Origin: Xylographa opegraphella
Lineage: Eukaryota
Direction of reading: 5' to 3'
Length of the DNA: 64,000 nucleotides
Assembly: GCA_022813865.1 (NCBI GenBank)
Contig: JALDZX010000010.1
Location: 1-64,000, forward strand
This document shows positions 51,983 through 64,000 of this stretch, piece by piece (positions within the stretch are counted from its first letter, which is position 1; each line of letters starts with the position of its first letter). Below the pieces are notes generated by a model. That model saw only the letters and a program-made list of their open reading frames with translations. It did not search any database and was not told the DNA's origin. The position numbers and the translations under genes were made by a program.

Positions 51983-54528
51983 TGGCGAGGAAGGCCCGGG
52001 GGGGGGGGAGGTTGGTGGTGTCGGGCGATGCATGTAGCAATTTGGAGTTGGCTATTTTCACATCATGTGTGCAGAGCTTGGGGCATTTCGGGGCCTGGAG
52101 AGAATGGGTTGATCTCTCTACCCTGAGCTTTGCGATGCTGGGTTATGGGGTGCTGGTCCGTGCTTTATTCTAGTAGGCCCAAAAAGCGCTGGGGGTGCTG
52201 CTTTTTGCGCGCACTGCCCGACTTCCTGTAGCTACCTTATTCTCTCGTGCTTTTATCATACCTTTTGAACGAGGCCGTGTGTTTACTTTGCCAGAATGCC
52301 CCTTAAACCAAAGGCGTCGCTCTTCCCATCATCTCCCTCCCAATGCCCCCTCATCTCGAATTCCCCTTCCCAAAGCCCGCGCCATCTCATCAAGGTCCTT
52401 CTAACACAGCCTCGACTCCCACTCCACGGGGCCGCAATAGCGGATACGTTAGTGCACCGCATGGTCTACAGCGCGTGCCCTCGCTGCGAGGGGGTTCGCT
52501 CGAGCATGCACACCGCGTAACGCAAAGTCTAGGATCACGATAGCGGATATCAGGTCTCATCAGGGTGTTTTCGCTCACCTCCACTTTGAAGCCGCTCCTG
52601 CAGCTTTCTGGTGTCAGATGCGGACCGGGCCTTGGGCGATGACGGCTCGACGGCTAGGCTATTGTAGATATACCAGAAACGGTGATGATTGGGAGTGAAC
52701 GCATTGAAGCGAGCACGGCTGGCTTTGGTTAATCTACGAGAACCGGGACTGAAGAGGGTTGTGCTCGTGCCCGTCTTGTTAAGCGGTGTGGTGTCCAAGG
52801 TGGAAGAATGAAGGGTATGAAGACGTCCAGAAGTTGCATCACATGCACCAGGATAGCCTACCATTGATGTGATATATGGCAACTACACACCAAGTCCGAG
52901 TACCACCACCATGCCACCAAAACCACACTCCTCACGAGCCTGCAAGATCCCCTACTCGTACTCCGCATATTTGCGTGCAATGCTAAAGTAAGCTGTCCCT
53001 CGCCATCGAAGCTGCTCAACCGAGTCCTCAGACAGCGTAGCTCAAACGGGCAGGGGCATCCTTTGCCTGCACAAGCCCAAACGAACACATCTCCCAAGCC
53101 AAGCAAAAGAAAATCCCAGACCGAGCGACCGCGTATCCGTGATAAAGCCCGACGAGGGACCCAGACCACCATGGTTCCCGAGCACCGATTATTGCGCAAG
53201 GGACGAAACTTACCGCTATACATTGATGTGCGTGCGGTAGGTACGTTTACCTCCTCTAGCGTATATCCGACACCAATGACACGGGAAAGGGTTTCCCTCG
53301 ACCGTTCGAGCCGATCATGCACCCCGACCGCTGCACATGCTGCAAAGCATAAAGTAAGGTAAGGTATGCCACGGGTCATGCAACATACCTTGTTATGTAT
53401 ACCTTATCGATCCCAAGGTCTGTCCTGCAAGACACAACGAACGGCACGGCCTCCTCCCCGACCCGGAACACCCCCCGGAACGGGCTTGGTGAACGAGCTA
53501 GCGTGAGGCTGAAACAGCCTAGGAAAAGAAAGCTTGGCCACGCCACAGCGCCCAAACGCTTATCTTGCAAACCCCCACGGAAAAGGCCCGCGGCCACAAC
53601 AACGCCTGGACTCGGAGCATAATGCACTATACACGACTTCCTATTGGGTCGAGACCGGGGTCGAGAATAGAAGCCAGGATACCGTTGGTGCGCGCAGGTA
53701 CGTTGCGTGGCAGGGCCGTTCCATCCTTCCCCCAACTCTATCTTTGTTCTGGAACTGCCCATGACTGCGGGATCCGAATGCTGAGTTGACTGTGATATAT
53801 ACCCAAGTATGTACCTGGGTATCCTTTTATACCATATCCGTACTGACCTCGAAGAGGTTTTCTGCAGCACCAGCAACAGGTGACAGAGCTAAAAGATGAC
53901 AACTTGCACTAGTTCCAGCGCGGAACGTCTATACCCGTTGCACGATTGGTGTATCCGGACGACGCGGTCTTTCACTTGAGAGCGAACCATCTTCCGTGCC
54001 ACCCCGCTTTCCTCAGACCTCCATACAGCATATACCGTATCATTTAGCACGTACCTGATTTAGCCATACAATTCCTGCAGGCATGATGACCGAGCAAGAC
54101 GAGGATCATCCTCCAGTGGCAGACGGAGAACTACCAGAACAGAGGCTAGTAAATAGACTTATTCTGCGATGGACCTTGTTGCTGATCAGTTCACCAGGTA
54201 ATCATCCCAAGCATTCGTCCTCTGCTGGCCTCGGCCAGAGCGAAGGTTGCATGAATCGCGTGCCACTGCCATCCAAACTCGATGGCCATGCTCTGGGTCG
54301 CAGAACCGTACCAACACTAATCTAATCCTCATCCTGAGGGCTGAGGCACAGTCGCAATCAGCAGCGGATAGCGCGCAGCTGTTGGCCAGAATTCTCCGAC
54401 GTAGAGTTTGTGACTGCCAAGCTATTTTACCATGAGGACGCCCACTTCTTCTCGTGTCGCACCGATCCAGAGAACCAATTATTTTCCGGCATCCGGAGCG
54501 TAACAGGACGTGCAAGGAATTCCGGACC

Positions 54529-55825
54529 ATGAGTTCCCTCAACTCTATCAACTCTATAGTATGTCACAATGGACGTCCTGGGTCGATGGAGGTCCAGCTC
54601 CCAGTGTATAGCATCCAACTGATCTGACAATAGCCAGTCAATTGGGCCTTGACCGGCGTTGCTGGCGTGTTCACAGTTGCCCGATATGCTATTCGAGGCT
54701 ACATCACCCGCTGGTCCTTCACCAAATGGTCTCTCCTGGATGACATCTTCCACTTACTCGCCTTTATCGTCCTGATAGCCCATGGCGTCACGAACGGTAT
54801 TGCCAATGATGCCAAAGCCCAGCTCAAAGTGCTTTTGAGCGCGGAACCAAAAACATCGGAAGCCGTACTCTTGGCGTTCTATCACCATCTGTACCAACTG
54901 AATTCTGTCAACAACTGTTTCTTGTACTCGGTATTCTGGCTTGTGAAGTTTTCATTCTTGATGTTCTACCGCCATCTCTTTGACATCTCGACAACTTTCA
55001 GGAAAGCGTGGTGGTTCGTTCTCGGCTTAACGGTGGTAACATTCTGGGTTCCCATCGGAGGAGTGCTGGCGACTTGTGCTCAGGCGAGCACTATACCCGA
55101 GTACAGTAAGAAAGCTTCTTACATTTCATTCAACCCGATCCTGTGCTGAGCTAACATCCCATGCCAGCGGAATGCAACTCTGCAGACTATGCACGAATGC
55201 AAAAGTTAGAGTATACTTGCGCCATCATTGTGCTTTCTGATCTAGCGAGTATGTGCAATCACATTTCCTCGCCCCTTGTACATGCTGATATCCTACAGTC
55301 ATGGCTCTTCCTCTTTGGATGCTGAAAGGTCTCAAGATGAAAATGAGTCAGAAGTTGGGCCTCATCTTTGTGTTCTCATTTGCGCTTTTCATCGTCGCCT
55401 TGGATATTCTCCGTACCGTCGAGGCGATTTGGGGGAACCAAATACTCTATACCATCCTCGAGATCAATTTTGCGGTCATAATATCGTGCCTGCCAACGTT
55501 CCGCTCGCTACTGAACATGAACCAAGCACGAAAGTCGAGCAGGTCAGGAGCCGGATCGAGTCGCCACTTTAGCAACTGGAGCAGGAGCAAAGGGTCGAAG
55601 AAGTTTAGCAACATCAGCAATCTGAGCAATCTGAGTGCGCCAGGCGAGCGAAAGTTCTCCAAGATCAGCGACGATGTCCATCCTTTGAGGGCGGATTTGG
55701 AAAGTGCGGTATCTTACCCGACGAATTCCATTCACTACAGCAAAGGCTTCACTGTGACAAATGAGCAGAGTGAGCCCGATATATTGGAGTTGCAGAATAG
55801 AGTGAAGGTTTTCTCCAGACCATAG
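54529..55825 (+). CDS. PTH11-like integral membrane protein (fungal rhodopsin domain, no CFEM)
   Basis: Intron 54559-54633. Multiple TM helices with LDD, WLVKFSFLMFYRHLF, ALPLWML, EINFAVIISCLP. Further introns near 55106-55167 and 55249-55298. Confidence 0.8.
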
Positions 55826-57945
55826 CATTGTACATTGAATTCGCATATAGTAAAGCGGCCAAGGAGCTTGGGGGCCAGGAATTGGGCAAGATTGAAAGCA
55901 CCGTCGGGCAAGATCAGTCAATGCTAGGACCGTGCAAGAAAGCACTCTCCAGTGGCTTCGCATATGTCGAGTGATGTCTAGCCAGTTGGCCTTGAAGAAG
56001 TGGCCGACGTCCGAGAAGTCGGCGTGCTAGCATCCGGCCAGGGGAATGCCTGGACGATAGATATCGCTATATCTCTCTATTCTTAATTGGTTCTCCATAC
56101 TTCAGTCCATGGAATGACTCTGATACACTGGTTTTTAGCGAGCAGGCACAGCATCAGATTATAGCACACGTCCTATCTTGGTCTATCCAAAGATTCTAAG
56201 CTATCGCATAGTTTTCCGTCTTTTTGACTTGTTCATTTGACCATAAAGCCGCTATGAAATCGCAGTAAAGATGGGTAGTCCAGAAAGTCTTGTTGACCGT
56301 GTTATATACTTTCTCCTTTGGTACCGTTTGGTAGTCTGTATTTTATGAGCCAATGGACAAGACACTGTAAAGGATTCCTATTCGCCTTCGGTGATTTGTT
56401 CGAATGCCGAATCTGTCAAAATCGTAGAAGCCGAGAAATCTTACTGGAGATGGAATTAGAATACAGTCTGCGAAGGACGGGCGTCGTATCAGGTATGGAG
56501 CACGAGCACGGAATCCCGACTCGATACTTCGTCCTCCTATAATAGTTAGGAGAGACCGATCTACGTCTCACTTACCATTCCACAATCTGTGTCGCGGAGG
56601 ATAGTGGAATAATCTCCCAGCCGCATGACTCTTCTTTAACAATCGGAGCGTAAAATGCTGGCATCTAGCGTTTTAATCAATGTAGGTTGTTGTCCTTGCA
56701 ACGACCCATTCCGCGAAAGCAAGAACATATTTGGGAGCAATAATTGGTTTGACCGACTTTCAAAGCCAGTATTGGGTTTTGGATCCCGGAAAATGTCCAT
56801 GAATCTCTTGTGGTATTAGGTCTCAAAACTACCCGAGTCTTCATGCTTCAGGTAAGGCTTGACCTCTATCCATTGGGAGATCGCCTCAGCCACGCCGCAA
56901 GCCGAGGCGGCTTCGCAGGTGCATTAAGATGGTAGAAGTGGCCTTGACGGTAGAAGGCTCAATTTCTGTGCCACGAGGTGAACCTTTCACATCACTCCGA
57001 GTCTTGGGGGACCTGATTCGATGATGGTGGTTGGTAGAAACTTCCTAGAATCTCAAAATGGGATAGTCCCACTTCAGCCAGGACACACTCTCGTCGATGT
57101 GGGAGTGAGCATTTTTCGATCGGCCTTTGATGTACTGAAAGTGTTGTAGGTAGCTGCACTGCATGATCGGGCATGTTTCCAAATGGGAATGTATTGTAAG
57201 GTTGGAGGAACGTGGGTTTTGGATGTATTACTACAATACCCAACAGGCCGGGCCCAGTATCCTACAGGGCAGTGGAATAGGGCTAAAGTTACCCGATGTG
57301 GACAGCATGAAGTGCTACTCTATAAATTCCAATCTTCTCTGATACCTCAAGGAGATTGACACCTATCGATAGAAGCAATATACAAGGTTGAATATTTCCC
57401 GGAAGCCTTCAGGGAAGTTCATTACAACAGTATTTGAACCCATACAACGCCACTCTTCAGCGGCCTTCATATCAGGACTACATGAGTTCGAGCGACCGTA
57501 CTGACAGATACCAGACATAATCCAGGCTCGAAAAGCTGTAATCCGTTCTTCTCGTCCTCCTGTCTAGGATTCTAGGAATATTTGTCAATGGTATAGGTAG
57601 CATTGGAGCCATCTATACCGAGGCGTAGAATTCATCGCCCCCACAACCAGAAACCACATTGCCCAGGCTTCGTTTGTATAGTCCATCTAAAGTGTCGCAG
57701 TTCCAGATCTACGTTTGAAGGTACCCTCCGGCTCTTTGGATCCCTTGAATTCTTTCTGATCCATGCCATCTCGTGAAATAGCTTTGTCCTCAAGAAAAAA
57801 TTTCCTTAGTATTCAAAGTAGACGGCAATGGAACAGCTGAAACACGTCATGAGTCGCACATCGCGATGACTTGTGGATACTGTAATCTTACTTATAAGTG
57901 GAGGATATGTTACCAGAGTACACTCCTGAATATGAAAATCCTATG

Positions 57946-58781
57946 CTATCTATGCATCTTGCTCTCTTCCTCTTTCAAGCGATCCACAACCCGTTCCCGC
58001 AGATACGGACTCAGACCGAGACTATTGGCCGATGTTAGTGAGCCATAAAGTCTGTTTCTCATTTCATACTTACATCCCATCCCTCGTGATCACCCTATAG
58101 CTTCCGGAGTTCTGGTAATTCCCAGTCCCATCCACGAAATTTCCTTCTGCATCCACTTCCAAGCTCCCGAAGATATCCTCTGGCCAAGCTATCCGCCCAT
58201 AGTCCGGGGGACTCCGTGCATCCGACACATGGATAAATCCACCACGGCCTCCTCCACCCGCTCCGCCTTGGGCACTCGCTCCTCCTGCTCCGTCTCCACC
58301 GGCACCACCTCCTCCGCCGTAGCCAGAGCCCCTCCTCCTTTTCCCTTTCTGCGGGAAGAAAGCTCCCCCGGAGCCTAGACTGGAGCCCGAAGTCGACGCC
58401 ATCGCCTGGGCCTGCGAGATTACATATGGATCTTCGTAGGCATGTTTGGCCAAGACGGAATGAAGAATCGACAGGAATTTAGGGTTTTCTAGGAGAGAGT
58501 CGGGGGTTGGCGGGAGCTTGGAGGTGGAGCCGATGGCGAGGTCCGCATTGGGCGGAGAAGTAGGTAGGAGTGTGAGGAGATTATTGTTGAGGGAGCGCTC
58601 GTCCGGGAAGACATACTATGGAGCTGTCAATGTCAACAAAGATCTGAGCAGGTACGGGTCGACTTACAATGTGCGGGTTGTCTTGCAGTGTGGATACCCA
58701 CCGTACACGCAGACACGTTCTGAGAGTATGAGACTTGGATAGTGGCGGAGCAGTCGCCGAGCGCAAGGCCCTGGCGAACAT
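57946..58781 (-). CDS. Conserved hypothetical fungal protein, probably mitochondrial
   Basis: Arg/Ser-rich presequence MFARALRS...; motif GGFIHVSDARSPPDYGRIAWPEDIFGSLEVD...YRVITRDG; two introns; last exon LGLSPYLRERVVDRLKEEE. Confidence 0.8.
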
Positions 58782-59414
58782 GTTGAATTGTTGAGGGTAG
58801 TGGACAAATTGCTCACCACAATGAAATCACCGAAAACAGCTTCGGTGACAGGGATCGGTCTCTAGCTTCTGCAAGAAAGTTCACTGCCGACGAACGGCAC
58901 AGGGATGTGACTGGATTGATTGTTGACTCTCGAGTGGAAGTTGCCGATCAACGTCTGTCCGTTCCTGAATATCTTACGTCTCGAAATGCTGTCAGCACAT
59001 TATACCGGCGACATTGGTGCTCGCGATACAAGCCACGAAAGTACCATGGTCTTTCGACTTGGCACTTCTGCCACAAAAACTCACATCGCCAATAGCGACT
59101 GGCTGGTTTCTTCGTCGCACACAAACATGCCTGCAAGATTACCCCTCCCTGATCCCCGCTCATCTCAACAACTCCATGGAGGAATACCGAGCTCTTTTCT
59201 TGTTTGGGTCCTAGCATTGAGCTTACCGTGAGAGCTCTGGTCGAGCTTGTCGAAGCTATGTTGTAGCAGAGGGGCTAGCCCACAGACCCAGGCCCGAGGA
59301 CACACTGGTCTACACTCGGGGTCATTTGTGAAAACCTGACAGTCTTCGTCTCAGTATCTCGTTTCACTCTCGTTGTGATACTGGTCATACTGGAAGACGA
59401 GCGGACACTCGATC

Positions 59415-61231
59415 ATGGATGAGACTGGTCCAATTGAACTTGCCTCACCGCAGGCGGCAAACCAAGAGTCAAAGGATAGTGGTGTATTCCGTGACAGAGA
59501 GATGGGTACGGAGTATGACATCGCAAGGGTCGAGATGGTGTACAGGTTGGTACTCTGATCCTTGGATACTATGGGCAATACTGAAAGTACTCCACAGAAA
59601 GCTCGACCGCCGTATAATACCTGGTACGACTGCTTTTGCACCAGCTATACAAACACTGTACTGAGACAGCACAGCTTTTTGGGTACTCTACTTCATCTGC
59701 TCTGCGATACGCTCGAATGTTGGGCTCTCTCAAACCATGAATGAGGCTCAGGGTCATGATCTTGCCCAAGAACTTCATCTTAGCCCGAAACAGATCTCCA
59801 CGGGATTGGCCCTCTTTTACGTCTGCTATGTCCTTTTTGATTTGCCCTCGAACCTCCTCATGACTAGACTCAGCCCCCATGTCTGGATGAGCCGGATTGT
59901 CATAGCTGTGGGGATCATAGGGGCATGCATGGCTGCAATTAAGGCGGCCTGGAGTCTATAGTATGTTCCAACAAATCTTGGTCAAGACGCAACTAAATAT
60001 CCTCCCAGTCTGACCCGTCTTTTGCTTGGTATTGTCATAGCCGGAATGTGGCCGGGAATGGCATATTATCTTACACTCTTCTACCCGCCTTCCCGAACTG
60101 GCAAAAGAATAGGATTCTATTTCACTGCAGCTCAAGTATCTGCGTCTGTGGTAGGCTTGGTGTCTGCTGGATTCCAGAAAATGGATGGTTTGGGAGGCCT
60201 AGTAGGCTTCCAATGGATGTTCCTCCTATACGGCCTTGTTGGCATACTCGTCGGTATCAGCCTCTTATGGTGGTTACCGGACCGGCCGCTAGCGCCAGGT
60301 GAGACCCGAAATCGAGCAGGCTGGCGCAGATGGATACCACAAAGTCGTCCTGCGCTCCAGGGTGAAGATGCTCGGATTCACTATGAGGATCTGACCAGAG
60401 TCTACCGCCGGCATGCTTGGACACTCAAGGATCTTTGGCATGTCGTGATCGATTGGAGGGTATGGCCGCTTATGGTGATGTACTTTGGAGTGGTAGGAGT
60501 GGGCATTGGCGTGCAGAACTATGGGACTGTCATTATCCAGGGAATCAATCCGAACTTGTCTGGAGTGGATCTCAGTCTTCTCTTTGCTCCGATCTGGGTG
60601 GTAAGTATTCTTGCTGAACATTAAAAGGAGATAGCTGAAATTGATGCAGATGGATCTAATTGCCATCCTCCTTGTGACGCCTATTTCAGACCGTTTCCAC
60701 CATCATCGTGCACTCTTCTTCTCGGTACCGGTCCTTCTCCAGATTACAGGACTACTCATCACAACATACGCCGGCAGTGAATCCAATCCATGGCCGCGCT
60801 ACGGCGGCCTTCTTATTGTCGGCTTTGGTCTTGGCCCAACGGTGCCCATCACGATGACTTGGACAAATGAGATTTTCCAGCCACGCCATGGAGAGGTCGG
60901 TGTCGCGGCGGCATCCGCACTTGTGAGCGGCTTGGGTAATCTTGGCAGTATTCTGACCACATACGCACTATACACAGGATGGCCTGCTGACAGTGTGCCT
61001 GGACCAACGCAGTACAGGAAGAGCAATCTCGTCATGGTCGGGATCCTGTGCTTGTCCATTTTGAGCGCAGTATCAATGACGGTATTACTCAAACTGGTGG
61101 GCAATGGATCCAGAGCGAAGCAGATCAGTAGCGGGAGCTCTACCATGGACGGTGATGGAGTTATTGTGGACGGTGCTGCGAGAAGAGACTTGCAAGAAAG
61201 GGGCCTGGGGAGGCTCTGGTTCCGCCGATGA
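59415..61231 (+). CDS. MFS transporter, anion:cation symporter family (alternative sulfate transporter / allantoate permease-like)
   Basis: VYR/KLDRRIIP, DLPSNLLM...WMSRI, GFQWMFLLYG, LPDRP; about 12 TM helices; four introns. Confidence 0.88.
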
Positions 61232-62085
61232 ATGAAGCGGCCCTAGGGTTGAGGCTGTATGGCTAGGAGTGATGCTGGAACTTTATGTCTCGACCATGTG
61301 GAAGATGGGGCTCGGTCAATATTAGACGTTCTATGGATAATTGGTTATAACCATGAACTTTCACAACGCGGCACTGTACCGTGACTTCAACTGGCATTTC
61401 TTGATAGAGCAGTCTCCGTATTACAATATCATAAGTATGCGTCCCTTCGACACCCTACATTGGTCTCTCGTCTACTGCTCCTTTGCGCCCATCTTTGCAT
61501 GCCAATTGGTTCACGTGGCGGGTTAAGAGCTCAGCGGCAGGCAGTCCATACGAGTAAAAGTCCACTTCCCTGGTTCCATCTGATATCGCCTTGGTCGGAG
61601 CCGTTTCTCTTGGCGTGATCTCAAGCGAAGTGGCTGAATCGTCGTCTTGACTTAAGTTATCTACAACATGGATCCGATCCATCTCCATCTCTGAGCACCT
61701 CGCACATTGACGTTTTCAAACATGTATCAATCAGTGTCATATACTCCTGTTGTTAGGTTTTTTTCCAAGCAACGCCCGCGAATCATTGGCCAAGACGTGC
61801 ATGCGTAGGACCGCCGGTCCGTTTTTGCCTAATAGATATTCCGTCTTCCTCTAGGACGAGGACACTCCGTGCCTCGTGAGAGTAAGGCCTCTCCCCGCTT
61901 CCCCCAGATTATAGCTCGATTTATCATCTGTGGAACGGAGCCATGCTGATGCAGATGGCTTTAAATACCCCGTGTGGGGGAACGGGCTTCAAGGTCCTAT
62001 ACTCCAAGTCTCCGGTGCTTGACCGACGAGTTCCACACGCAATTCCCTCCCACAAAGCCGCTAATCGCCCTCGAACCATTTCACC

Positions 62086-63273
62086 ATGACCGCCCCCGAA
62101 GACCCCTCCACCTGGCGCCTCACAGAGGAGCAGAAGCAATTCTTCCTCGACAACGGTTACCTCCACATCGAGAACTGCTTCTCGCGCGCCCAGGTCGCCG
62201 AATGGACGAAGCACCTCTGGACGCGGCTGGGCTTCGACCCGAACGACAAACGCACCTGGACGCGCGAGCGCACCAACATGCCCTTCCACCGCGCCGTCGA
62301 CGTGCACGACTTCGCGCCCAAGGCGTGGGCGTACATCACGCAGCTGTGCGGCGGCGAGGAGCGCATCGCGCCCAGCGGCCGCGACTGCCAGGCCGACGAC
62401 CACGCGAAGCAGGTCATCCGCGAGGCGGGTGCCGACCGCCATCTGTGGACGGACAACATGATCGTCAACCTGGGCACGCCGGAGGGCGAGGGCAAGACCG
62501 TGCACGGCAGGGATCTGCAGGGCTGGCACGTCGACGGCGACAACTTCGTCCACTACCTCGATAGCCCGGAGCAGGGCTTGCTGGTGACGCCGCTCTTCTC
62601 GGACGTGCTGCCCAACGGCGGCGGGACGATGCTGTGCCCGGACAGCATCGCCCCGATGGCCCGGCATCTGGTGCGTCTTCCCTAACTCACTCCTTTCCTC
62701 CCGTCCCCCTACCAGCCCCCCCACCCCTCTCAGTCGCCACGCCCGAACGCACACTGACCCTCCCGCGTGTAGTACGCGCACCCCGAAGGCGTCAGCCCAC
62801 GCTACACGCCGCGCGGCGACAACCCAACCTTCGACTTCTCCGCCCCAGGCGGGACCTTCTACGCCGACACGATTGCGCGGTACGGGCGGCGTTTCGAGCA
62901 GGCGACGGGCGCGTGCGGGGACGTGTACCTCATCCACCCGCTGATGCTGCACACGCACAGCAACAACAGCCTGCGCGCGGTGCGCATCATCATCAACCCG
63001 CCCGTGACGCTGCGCGAGCCCTTCGGCTTCGACCGCCCCGCCGGCGACTACAGCCTCGTCGAGCGCGCGACCCTCAGGGCGCTGGGTAGGGAGTCTTTGC
63101 CTGGATGGCGCATTACGGTGCCGAGGCAGCAGCTTGTGCCGCCGCGGTTGGAGCGTATGGCCAGGATGAAGAGGGAGGAGTTTGAGAGGTTGGAGAGGGA
63201 GAGGGTGGGGGGGGAGGTGAAGGGGGAGGGGGGTAAGGGGTGGGAGGGGGTGCAGCGGGGGATTGTGGTGTAG
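62086..63273 (+). CDS. Phytanoyl-CoA dioxygenase (PhyH)-family Fe(II)/2-oxoglutarate dioxygenase
   Basis: LTEEQKQFFLDNGYL, GWHVDGD (HxD), GDVYLIHPLMLH (distal His), N...R. Intron 62671-62772. Confidence 0.85.
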
Positions 63274-63588
63274 ATGAAGGGGGAGGATGGGAGGATGGGG
63301 GTGACGGAGGAGATGGGAAGTTGGGAAGTGGGGGAGGTGGGTGGGTGGGTAGATGACTCAATGGATCAATAGGACAGATTGTTATACAGGCCGATACGTG
63401 ATGTTTCTTGACTGAAATACATGCTGAAATACAGACCGAAAAGGGGTATCTGCAGCGTAGTCTACAAAGCAAAGCAAAGACGCCATCGCTTTTCCCACAC
63501 CACTTCGCAGAGTCCCAACGGCCAAGTCGCAAAACGCACTCCACCTCCCCACCCTCTCCCCCTCTCACCACCCCTTCCCCAATCCCCT

Positions 63589-63953
63589 CTACGCATACGT
63601 CACACCCACAGGCTGCTGCTTGCCCATCCCCACCCCTTGTCCCGACCCCATGGCGGCACCACCACCCATGCGGCGCTCCTTGCGGAAGCGGTGAAAGATG
63701 ACGGAGGCGTAGATGAGGGTGCCGAGGAAGAGCAGCTCGACGACGACGTTGACGACGAGGCTGAGGACGTAGGTGCCGTAGAGGGCGGCGTTGGCGATGC
63801 CGACGACGAAGAGGGCTGTCCAGGCGAGGAACTTGAGCAGGTTGGAGACGAAGTACTTGGTCGGTGTGAGGTGGTGGCGGGCGAAGAGGATGATTTCCGC
63901 CAGGCTGAAGAGGAGGCCGAGGAGGGCGATGGTGAGGATGATGGCGTAGAGGC
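63589..63953 (-). CDS. Small multi-pass membrane protein, 3' exon only (5' part outside window)
   Basis: Three hydrophobic helices preceded by a branch/acceptor ACTAAC...CAG at about 63975-63954. Confidence 0.65.
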
Positions 63954-64000
63954 TGTTTTGGGGAGAGGGGTTAGTAAAGTTTGGGGGCAAGGGATTTTAA

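Noticed and set aside
52200..54500. Possible gene or transposon remnants in large intergenic gaps (also 24400-26400 and 55900-57900)
   Set aside because: No transposase, RT or integrase motifs, terminal repeats or coherent exon chain recognisable by eye.
1..64000. tRNA, rRNA, TPP riboswitch, or TGA-CTA readthrough giving a cryptic PTS1
   Set aside because: No such signatures noticed; the stop-codon contexts I checked lacked the readthrough motif.

Overview
Gene-dense, intron-containing eukaryotic DNA from a filamentous ascomycete (Pezizomycotina-type). Evidence: short GT-AG introns with CTAAC/CTGAC branch sites and fungal housekeeping genes; the exact taxon cannot be determined from sequence alone. 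About 23 protein-coding loci are supported: NOP13-like RRM protein, RRP4, a PLD-family protein, a signal-less aspartic protease, NBR1-like ZZ/FW autophagy receptor, CASC3/Btz-like protein, TOM70, ABZ2, WRS1, UPS1-like PRELI protein, DUF3455 protein, an orphan gene split at a 25-bp triplication, SLY1, a PNUTS/Ppn1-like PP1 regulator, a frameshifted YOR238W-like gene, COQ7, RTF1, STE7, SPT6, a PTH11-like membrane protein, a conserved hypothetical mitochondrial protein, an ACS-family MFS transporter, a PhyH-family dioxygenase, plus a partial membrane protein. I recognised no tRNA, rRNA, CRISPR array or intact transposon. The most interesting unexplained signals are: two ORF-free, multi-helix structured RNA candidates between convergent genes (about 29.3-29.6 kb and 42.9-43.2 kb); an unusually long, structured, poly(A)-signal-bearing intron in the PNUTS-like gene; the repeat-number-dependent frameshift at 28.0 kb; and abrupt GC-rich, C-to-G-skewed patches that switch on in the middle of genes. 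All family assignments come from motif recognition by eye, not database searches.
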